64,000 nucleotides of DNA. Source: Octopus vulgaris. Lineage: Eukaryota. The notes under the pieces are model-generated. The model saw only the letters and a list, made by a program, of their open reading frames with translations, ran no database searches and was not told the DNA's origin. This document shows, in pieces, positions 51,896 to 64,000 of the stretch; position 1 is the first letter of the stretch; the number at the start of each line of letters is the position of its first letter. Where the stretch lies: NCBI GenBank assembly GCA_951406725.2, contig OX597815.1, positions 26,102,001 to 26,166,000 on the forward strand, given 5' to 3'. The translations under genes and the position numbers were made by a program.

Positions 51896-53157
51896 CTAGG
51901 TGGTACCAAAAAGTCCCCTGACTATTTATGTTTTATAAAAAATAACTTATTTACCTAAGTTTTAACACCATCTCCTTCGAAATAGTCACCTTTCGAGGCA
52001 ATACACCGGTTCCAGCGTCCCTGCCACTTTTGAAATCCGGCCTGGAAATCGTTTCCGTAAGCGAGTTCAAGACTTTCTGCGATTCGCTCTTAATCTCAAC
52101 AACAACGTGATAAAACGGCGACCTTTGAGCAACATTTTCATCTTGGGAAAGGCATAGAAATCTGCAGGTGTTAAATCTGGTGAAGCGATACCATGTTGTT
52201 TTAGGCGAAAAACTCACGAGTGAAGAGAGCCCGGTAACAAGGTGCATTATCGTCGTGAGGAATTCAATTCTTTGCACTCAACAGATCCGGTCACTTTCGC
52301 CGAATATCCTCCTTCAAACGCTTCAAAGCGTCGCATAGACCTTTCAATTTTGCGGTCTGGCTCTAGGAGACGAGTTTCGATGCACAATATTGCATGTATG
52401 TATAATCATGCTCTAGAATGAGCTGTAGCTCTGTCGTGTCTTCTTCGGTCGTGGAGATGAACGGCTGTTCCATTGTGACGACAGCTGCTTCGTCTCAGGG
52501 TTTTACTTGTAGATGCAACTCTTGTCACCAGTGGTGATCTTCGACATGAAGGATAAGTCATCAGCGGCCCGCGGACGATTGAGAGACTTCAAGACGTTTT
52601 TCTTTCTACTCAGTGGTCAGCAGGCGGGGGAAAACCTTAGCAGAGACACGCCGCATGTTCAATTCAGACGTTAGGATTGTTCGCACGGACCTATAAAACA
52701 GACCAACGACATCAGCAATGTCATTGATTGTCCTTCGACGATCCTGATGCACAAGATAATGAATTTTCTTGACATTTTCAAGGTTGATATCGCTCACCAT
52801 CACCTTCCAGATTGCTCACCATCTTCCAGAGACCTTCATCCCCTTTTTGAAGTGTCCGCACTACACGTAACTTTGCCTCGTCGCCGTGAGCTTGCCGAAG
52901 TAAGCTCAGTGTCGCTGTAGCAGAGTTTCCAAGATTAACGCCAAATTTCACGTTAGCTCTTTGTTCTTGCCCATGACAAAATCGCAGACTACAGCATACA
53001 CGTGATCATAAAGACTCAGATTTCACAACTTGCGAAGTAAATACTACGATGACACTCGGCAAACTGCCTCATGAATCTCACTGCTCACTCTCACTGCGCA
53101 CAAAACCGTGTGTTGCCATCTGTTGGCGCGCTACAGAACTAGGCCAGGAATTTTTTA
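51896..53157 (-). mobile_element. Decayed mariner (DD34D-type) transposon
   Basis: DRRRTINDIADVVG...LNMRRVSAKVFPRLLT, TGDKSCIY..PETKQLSSQW, HDNAPC; TA-CTAGGTGGTACCAAAAAGT TIR. Confidence 0.85.
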
Positions 53158-53259
53158 ATCTGTCTATCTGTCTGTCTTTTTTCTTCTGCCCAAAAAGAAA
53201 AGCTCTACTTTGTAATCTGTCCCGTCTGTGTGCAGCTCTGTTTGGCTAATAAAGAAACA

Positions 53260-53420
<161 letters not shown>

Positions 53421-53960
53421 GCCTGCCTGTCTGCCTGTCTGCCACCCTGTCTGTCTGCCTGTATGTCTGTCTGTCTGTCTGTATATATGTATGTATGTAT
53501 GTACATATATGTGTGTGTGCGCGCGAGTGTGTGTAAGTATATATGCATGAATATATGTATGTATGTATGCATGCATGCATTTATGTATGTATGTATATAT
53601 GTATGCGTGTGTAATGATCATAGCCTCATGTCTTTGATCCGGTACGTTCGAAAAAATTTGTTGTTGACTCACAATTTGAGATATGCATGTAGGCATTCAA
53701 CTGGATTTGAATTAATTCTACTAAGTTGCAAAGATAATATTTTCAGCATTAAAAAGTTGGCGCTAAGGCTGGAAGGAGAAGATGATGGAAGGCAAAAAAA
53801 TAATAATTCTGAAAGATAAAAAAAATGATATTCTACAGAATATATATATTTTTTCATATTTATACCCGGAATGTATATTAAAACATTTTCCAATTCATGA
53901 TATATATATATATATATATATATAAATATATATTTCTATTTTGTTTTTGTAACATATTTC

Positions 53961-54027
<67 letters not shown>

Positions 54028-54504
54028 TGTATATATAAAGAGAAAATCATTGGTCTTCGCAAAAAGTTCAAATCATCTATATTAAAAAATTATATAATTA
54101 AGATGTTTTGTATGGTCGCACAAGTGCGCGCACATACACATAGGCATATATAAATGTATACATATATACACGTATATGTGTGTGTCTGCGCGCGCGCGTG
54201 TATGAATAAGTATGTTAGATATACATATATGCAGACATATATATACGATATAAATCGTATGCTTATCTATATCTAGATATGTGTATGTATGTATGCATGT
54301 ATGTATATGTGTGTGTGTATGTGTGTGTGCGTGTGTGTGTGTGTATGTGTGTGTACGTATAGTTAGGCTACTAATAAAAAAATTTCGCGAAATTGATTAA
54401 TATAAAACTTTTAAGTGATGTAGATACTTCTATCAATATGTGTGTGTATACACACAAACACACACACATATATACATACACACGTGTATATATACACGTT
54501 CATA

Positions 54505-54549
<45 letters not shown>

Positions 54550-54593
54550 ACATATATATTTACATACATATATATATGTATATACATACATAC

Positions 54594-54646
<53 letters not shown>

Positions 54647-54668
54647 CATACATACATACAGACATACA

Positions 54669-54702
<34 letters not shown>

Positions 54703-55596
54703 CGTACACACACATACATACGTACATATATACATACATACATACATGCATACATACATATAAACGCGTGCGCACATGAACGCATACCTAACGTGTAGGG
54801 AGGGGAGGAAATCGGGAGAGTTATGTGCGCATGTTAAGGATATTTGTGTGAATACAGACTTGTGTGTCTGCGTGCGGGAGAATGTATCTATATATGTATA
54901 TTAAGCCAACTTGCAACGATATTTTAATGAGAAAAATCTGTATTTCCTCAGTCATGACATCATATTAAAAAAATCTACCAACGAATGCAATGATGCATCA
55001 ATTGCATTTTGTGTTTCAGCTCTTGGCTGATATATGTATGACAGATTTGGAAATATATTCTCGGCTACCAAAGTTTCTAACTTATTAGAGTATGAATTTT
55101 AATATTCTTTTAGTAGCTTTGCTTTCATTTGATTTTAACATATATGTGTTTGTCATAGATTTATTCCGAAGATTGGCATTTAAGACACATGCGCGCGGTG
55201 TGCGTGCAGGCGTATTTGTATATGTATGCATATATTTACATCAATATGTACGTATACACAGACATGCATATATATATATATATATACATGCGCACACACA
55301 AATACATACATACATACATACATACATCCATATATATACCAAATATATACGTTTTTATTATTATTTTGCAATTTACTTAATCATCGGTATATTATTGTTA
55401 TTTTAATTTTAATATTTCTATTATAGATAATTTTCTAGATTGTGTAATTTAATTGTTCATTTTGAATTGATAAAAGGTGTTTTTTTTCTTCTAATTTCTA
55501 TATAAATATATAATATTTTGTGAAATTTGATTTAGTATTTCTAAATTGAATTTTTCCCTGTAAGTTAGGAATAACATTCCCTCAAATAATTATTAT

Positions 55597-55628
<32 letters not shown>

Positions 55629-57185
55629 AAGAGACAGAGAGAGGGGTACATTAATACATTATATAATAGATTACTATACGCAAAACTATCTATCTACTGT
55701 CAATCTCCCTCTCTCTACATAAGTGTGTATGTGTGTGTGCATGCGTGCGTACACACACACACACACACATACACACACACATATATATATAATGTCCACA
55801 TGTACGTATGTATGTATTTATTTTTTTAAAACACACTCACACATACCCAAGTACATATGCATATGTATATTATTACATTAGTTCGCAGATTTAGAAATTG
55901 GTTCCGAATCTTTTGATCTCCCCAGATCTTTTGAGGAAAAAAATTGCTATGCGGGTCGGTGACTTGGTTTAGAATGCAACAGAAAGAAAATTATTAGAAC
56001 ATTTGAGTATGTCGTGGGGTGAAGCTTAATTTAAAGTTATGACGATTATAGACCTTATTTAGGAATAGGCTTACCACAGAAAGTTATCATTACATATCAT
56101 CAAATTAATTGCCGGGGGAATAAGTTTATTTATTTCAAATAACCGTAGAAAGCCTAACTTCAAACTACAATGATAGAAAGATATTGAAAATATTTAGACC
56201 GAATATTTTTGAAAGATCATAGAAGAAAAATCAATCTCAGAAATAGTAACATTTTCCCTTTTAAACTTCTTCACTGATTTATCACGCATTTATAGACATG
56301 AAGCTACCCAACTGCTCTAATCTTAAATACCCTGACCAACATCAGATTTTTCTTATCACTTTTGCAACTTATTTTGTATTTCTTAATCCTGGATTAATCA
56401 TTTATTCGCATTTGTAAACATTTTCCCTCCATTTTTAATTATTTTTATTGTTAATTACTTTTCATTGATCTTTTTCATTGAATCTCACACTCCTTTATAT
56501 GAAATTAGTTACTACTTGACTTCATTAATATGCTTTCATGCTTTCATTGAACTTTCTGTTATAATTTCCATAATCTATTTGCAAGACGAATGCTAAGTTA
56601 AGGTATAAAAATTGTATTTTACGACATTCTTTCTACATTTTTCAGCCTTGTTTCTCCGTTTATCGACTATATAGCATGCACGCTCACTGATATACCTATA
56701 TCAGTGCGCATACGAGCATGATTATGTGTATTTAATTACTTTCATTAGTCTTGGATTATAAATGGGTATTATATTTTTTACGCTGATATCCATAGTGATT
56801 TATCTCCCTTCGCTATAGCCCTACCACTTCATGCTGCTCCATCAAACTTGGCTCGAGTATTGTTTTCGGTACTTCTTAAGAAAATGTTACTTAAGGTAAG
56901 TATTACTTTTCAATGCATTAATGACTAATGCTAAACTTAAGTGGTTAGTCTATTCTCAAATGAGGTCTGTAAAGGCAATCATTTTAAATTAAACTTCTTA
57001 CAATTTCTTTGGATTTTTTTTAACGTAGTCAGCTGCTAATGTATCAATTATTTCTCTCATATGTCCCGAGAAGACAAAAATGACTGAAAACAAATGTATA
57101 AATAAATCAATATAAAGTGAACTCTACTTTTTGATATACTGAGTATTGTATTTACTTGGGAAATGTTCTTGCACCTACGCACAAT

Positions 57186-57237
<52 letters not shown>

Positions 57238-57238
57238 T

Positions 57239-58227
<989 letters not shown>

Positions 58228-58232
58228 AAAAA

Positions 58233-58303
<71 letters not shown>

Positions 58304-58876
58304 AAGAATTGAAAACCATGAGGAGAGTGGAGATTTATTCACATCCAAAACTTTTTTATTAAGAAGTTTTCTAAGGCATATATATAACAATGACCAACAT
58401 ATGTTTCTATTATGATCCTAGTCGCAGCAGTTTCAGACGTTTCCAAAGTGAACTCATTCAAACAAGCTTCCCGTGTTGGTTTTCAGTTGAAGGTGTTAGC
58501 ATTACGTTTTGAATTTTATTCAATTTTAGTCTTATAATCACCTCTACTGGTATTACAGTTGAATCGTGGTTTTAAAATGTTTATATTACAATTAATTGTA
58601 GCAGTTTTGTTTACATTTTACTGTATGAAGTACATTATTTATTCAGAGGTATTTTACTTATTTTGGGTTCATACCCTCAATTAATATTATTGTTGTTATT
58701 ATTATTATATTTAATAGTATCATTTGCATAAATATCATTAATTATCACAATCATTATTTTAACTTGTATAATTACTACAGATGCTAAGTTACGTTTATTT
58801 AAATCGTTTAAATGTATATTTTGCCCAGTGTGGACATCTCATAAACTGTTCCCTATCTAGTGTTTATATATAAGTG

Positions 58877-58935
<59 letters not shown>

Positions 58936-58941
58936 GTACAT

Positions 58942-59062
58942 TGGCCTGCTCGCTTAGCCAGCGGGGCGGCGTCATTTGAAGGCTAAAACAATGCGAAGCG
59001 CATTGTGACCAGCGATGTGTAACAACATCTGATGGCCTGGTCGGTCACGGTGATCACGGTGA
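58942..59062 (+). mobile_element. 120-bp (TA)n-embedded element E1
   Basis: tggcctgctcgcttagccagcgggg...ggtcggtcacggtgatcacggtga; second copy at 45271. Confidence 0.8.
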
Positions 59063-59141
59063 TATATACGTACATACATACATACGTAAATACATATATA
59101 TATATATATACATACACACACATATCTATATCTATCTATCT

Positions 59142-59188
<47 letters not shown>

Positions 59189-59198
59189 CATACATACA

Positions 59199-59232
<34 letters not shown>

Positions 59233-59896
59233 CATACATACATACATACATATATATATACATACATACATACATATACTTGGATTTTTATCTCATTCTG
59301 AAATTTTTATATATACACATGCTGATATATGACGTACGTTGAACTCCTTATTCGCATAATCACCGAACCTGGAGCTTAACTATAGTCTATCCATAGCACT
59401 TACTCAGCATTACCTGATACCTTTGGGTTTTATTGACACCATTACCTCTCATAACCTATACATAAAAATATTGGTTGCCAGGAGACTAAGTGGGGCCACC
59501 CGCAACTAGAATGCTATCATTTAATTTTTTTTAAAGTATTCTTTTCAACTGTCTGCAAACACATCCAGGCTGAAATAATTAATGCATTTTTCCAGGAGTG
59601 AATAAAAAAGTTCTCAGACTTTAGGGGATGGGGCCCTTAGATACTTACATAGGCTCCCATGTATGGATTCTAATGGTGCAGGGACCCACTTACCATCGGG
59701 AAAGCTGGCAACCTGTCCAATCCACTACTGTATATATACATGTATATATATATATATAATATTTTAGATTAATGGGTATATGTCGATTAGTGTGTTGAAG
59801 TGTTAAATAGAGCACTGACACAGTTTGGGCTACCTGGTCTCATCCGCAGTCGGAGTATATTTCCGTTGGATGTACTTCAGGAACGTGCTAGTTGAG

Positions 59897-60285
59897 AGGA
59901 TAATAATTGATAAAGTAACTAAGAGATGGATTTGGTATTAATCTTTATTTTGCTCAACGGTCTCTTCGACCCATCCTGCTACGGTCCATTATGGGTGGGA
60001 CTCCGTTTAACATGTGTTTATTCCTTCAATTATGCAGTCTGGGTCTTATCAGGTATATCCATACATAATGTTGTGTCTTGCTAATGATCTTGAGTTTAGG
60101 CTGCCCATCTGATTAGGGAATGCATGGAGGTACCTGGTGTGACCCAGACTGTAAGATGGATGCAATACAACATGTTGTGCGGAGTCCCATCAACACGGAA
60201 CAGTAGCAAGATGGGTCGAAAAGACCGTTGTACAAAATAAAGATTAATACAATATCTATCTTCTGGTTACTTCATCAATTATCCT
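59897..60285. repeat. Diverged long inverted repeat (arms about 170 bp, loop about 53 nt)
   Basis: gtattaatctttattttg / caaaataaagattaatac; ttcgacccatc / gatgggtcgaa; gggactccg / cggagtccc; cagtctgggtc / gacccagactg. Confidence 0.85.
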
Positions 60286-60824
60286 TATATATATATATAT
60301 CGTCGTCGTTGTCGTTTCTTCTTAGCAGAATGTTTCTTTTATGATGATGGCGATGATGACTGTAGACCAGTTCTTGCATGGAAGAGTTGATGGCATTAAC
60401 TGTATGGTAATGTTGGTGGAGGAAGAGGTTGATTTTTATCGAGTCATTTTCTCCTGACGTTTGTTTTCTTTCTTTTCTCTTCTGGTGGTTTCGACATTTT
60501 TGGTTCTGATGGTGATGGAACACTGCCACTTGGTACGGTCTCGAGCTTGTGTCTCAAATGCTTTAGGCTCAAGTCCAGTGTGTGTGTGCGTACGTGTGTG
60601 TGTGTGTGTGTGTGTGTTGATAGCGTAAAAGACTTTGTGCAACCCACTCTACAAAGGTACACACAAACGTGCATCTACTTTAAAAACTACTTAGACTACA
60701 CCAGTATGCTTTCGCCATCATCTTCATGTCTAAAACATCCATTCGTTCATTTATATACTTGAAACAACATACACTGCATTTGCACATGCTTACATATATC
60801 ACACAAGAGATACACGTACACACA

Positions 60825-60885
<61 letters not shown>

Positions 60886-61840
60886 ATTTAAATGTATGCT
60901 TTATATAAGTGTGTGTGCATGTCAATATAAATGTATGTTTACACACACACACACATATATATATATATATCATGCATTCATATATATAGACATACATACA
61001 CACGTACGCTCACACACAATTGTACACGCCGATATGTTCTCTCGTATTAACAGAAAAATCATTCTAAAGTATTCTCGAATCTACATATTCCAAACCATTC
61101 ACGAACTGATATTCCTCCTCATCTTTAGGCCCTCCAGGTAACACTATATAATTCAATCTACATCCAGAGAGGCTATATACAGTTTAATTTAATGCCAAAT
61201 TCTGATGCCAATTTAAAGCAGTAAATCTTTTATTCTTAATTATTGCTTATTAACTTTTTTCCTTATTTAACTTTGTCGTTGGTTTCCGTCATTCTACGGT
61301 AAGTGAATAGCGTGCAGAAAGCCACTTCCGGTACGAACGATATTTCCTCGGGCGAAACAACGTGTCAATAAGCACAAATAACGCTTGGATCTGTTAAGTT
61401 TGCTGAAAAATTTCCAAAGCAAGCGATCCAGCTCCATTTTAAATGTTACCATTTTTGTACTTGTAGCAGTTGTAGCTATTGATGCTGCTGCTGCTACTGC
61501 TACTGCTGCTGCTGCTACCAATGCTACTGCTGGCTGCTGCTGTTGTTGTTTTTGCTATTGTTATTGTTGATCCTATTAGAATGCTGCCACGATGCAGTCA
61601 CATGACCTTGAAGAAAAATTGGCTCCTTTAAAATGATTCAAACGTAAAATACCCTGAAGCTATGAGAGCAGAAGGAACGAACGAAACGGAATAGACGAGG
61701 AAAGAGTGTATGAGAGCGAGAATAACAAACCGAAGAAAGAGATTAACAAATAAGAAGAAAGTTACAGGATAAGAGAGAGAGATTTAATAAACGTCAAAAA
61801 GAGGGAGAGTAGAACTGATATTTATATATGAGTGCATTCA

Positions 61841-61942
<102 letters not shown>

Positions 61943-62109
61943 TGAATGCACGAGAGAGAGTACAAGGAGAGTAAGGAGAGAGAGAGGTGGGGAGAGAAGT
62001 CGAAAGACTAAACAAAATAGAGTCTATCCCAAATGAGTGAGTTGCGATTAAAACAACAACAACAACAACATAATAATAATAATAGTAATAATTGTAATAA
62101 TCACTTTCT

Positions 62110-62284
62110 ATTATAAGCACAAAGCCTGAAATTACATCGACCACTGTGCGTAACTGGTACTTAGTTAATCGACCCCGAAAGGCAAAGTCAACCTCAGCGG
62201 AATTTGAACTCAGAACATAGCGGCAGACGAAATAGCGCTAATCATTTCTTCGGCATGCAAACGATTCTGTCAGCTCGTCGCCTT
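62110..62284 (-). mobile_element. SINE-A
   Basis: gaccccgaaaggcaaagtcaacctcagcggaatttgaactcagaac...cagctcgtcgcctt. Confidence 0.8.
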
Positions 62285-62287
62285 AAC

Positions 62288-62361
<74 letters not shown>

Positions 62362-62422
62362 CAACAGCAACAACAGCAACAACAACAACAACAACAGCAA
62401 CAACAACAACAACAACAACAAC

Positions 62423-62485
<63 letters not shown>

Positions 62486-62559
62486 CGTCATTTTTAACAA
62501 AAGCACAGGGCCAGAAATTTAGAAAGGAGGTTGGTCAATTATTTTGTCAATTAATTTGT

Positions 62560-63112
62560 GGGTTGTCTCAAATGATATCAAGATGGAGTTTGAACTTTTA
62601 AAATGTACTGCGATTGTGATGACACGAGGAAAGCTTCTCAGATCAGAAAGATAAATGTATGCCAACTAGTGAAATAATGAAAGCAATTGAACCAGAATCC
62701 GGATATAAATACCTAGGAATACTTGAGGTAGATGAAATAAAGCATGATGATATGAAGAGCAGACAAAGAAAGAGTATATACGGCGATTGAGAAAGATATT
62801 GGATTCAAAGACTAACCATACTATTGAAGCAAGAAGACCAGATATGATCATATAGGGTAAAATAAACAAACAGTGAAAGATCATTAGTTTGGCAATTACT
62901 TATGACAGCAGAGTCGATACAAAATAAATTGAAAAGAAAAATAGAGATATCAGGATCTAACCAGAAATCTGAGAAGACTGCGGAAGACCCGGACAACAAT
63001 TATTCCTATAGCAATTAGTACAATTGGCACAACACCCAAAATGCTACCATAAAGACTGAAAAAGTTTTGAATTGAAACATGCATCGTCGACCTGCAGAAA
63101 AGTACCATCCTA
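62560..63112 (+). pseudogene. R4/Dong-like LINE relic (RT piece fused to restriction-like endonuclease piece)
   Basis: SNDIKMEFELLKC, YKYLGILEVDEIKH, EYIRRLRKIL, then ARRPDMII...RYQDL...IPIAISTIGTTPK...LQKS. Confidence 0.75.
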
Positions 63113-63114
63113 TA

Positions 63115-63255
63115 TTCTTTTCTACTCTAAGCACTAGGCTTGAAATTTTTGGGGAGGATGTTAGTCGATTAGATCGCCCCCAGTATGCAATTGGTACTTA
63201 ATTTATCTACCCCGAAAGGATGAAAGGCAAAGTCGACCTCAGTGGAATTTGAATA
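63115..63255 (-). mobile_element. SINE-A 3' part
   Basis: ccccgaaaggatgaaaggcaaagtcgacctcagtggaatttgaa. Confidence 0.8.
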
Positions 63256-64000
63256 CCATCGTATATTGTGCAAGAATCCTAAGGAAGATTCTTGAGATTT
63301 GAGACGACTTTTTATCACCAACGATTGTAGTAAGTATACAGCATGACATATATAAAAAGATATCTTTAATCGTATTGGCATACGGTTAATTATCGAAATT
63401 CGATTAGCTGTAAAAAAAAATAGAATGATAGAAAATCTGTCGCTTGTTCATCTAGTCACTTAATATATTCAGAACTTGTTGTATATATACATCCACACTC
63501 AGAAGCACGTGTTTTCAATATCTTCAGTTTTATGTGTACAGACAAGCAAACAAATGTAAAGAAGGGTTGGCATTTTTTTAAATATGTGCCCGTCTTTCAG
63601 TGTATGACAACGCCATTGTGTGGTAAGATATAAACAAGAAATCTTGCTTTAGAAACATAGGTTCCAGCAAGTTCTCACTAATACTTACAAAATTAGGTTA
63701 TATTAGCGAGTTTATATTCTCTGGCGAAGAACTCCTTAGATGTACAATGACGCATTAAAAGGCAGTAACCGAAGATAGAATACATTTACACACAGAACAC
63801 TAATACTAGCTAGTTAAAAAATATGGAACGAAGTATTATATCATATAAACCTCCATATTGTTTTAATGTTCGTTCAAAACTTCAACGTTATGCAAAAGCA
63901 TTTCCCCGTAGACATCATAAGATCTTCGATAGAATGGAATTAAGAAAGGCTACAGTTGCCTCAAAAACATCACTGCGTTTCTTCATACTGAAGAGAAAGC

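Noticed and set aside
56030-57180. Possible further Penelope/GIY-YIG relic
   Set aside because: Only faint motif hints; no convincing translation could be obtained by eye.

Overview
AT-rich eukaryotic (animal) intronic or intergenic DNA saturated with microsatellites and transposable elements. The SINE families, microsatellite load and LINE types suggest an octopus genome (inference from repeat content). No intact host protein-coding gene is recognisable, and almost all ORF-track entries are translated microsatellites. Supported content: many tRNA-derived SINEs of three families; 5'-truncated RTE, CR1-like, Tx1-like and R4/Dong-like LINE remnants; a Penelope-like (RT + GIY-YIG) relic; decayed Tc1/mariner elements and MITEs; and non-autonomous Helitrons. 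The most notable signal is a set of type I hammerhead ribozyme (HHR) motifs with palindromic helix III, carried by small non-coding elements. These include a TSD-flanked, highly structured 353-nt 1.3-mer that looks like a non-LTR retrozyme (50968-51455) and a 588-nt tandem-plus-inverted element with an intact-looking HHR (57434-58227). Several long fold-back elements are also present. All alignments and folds were done by eye.
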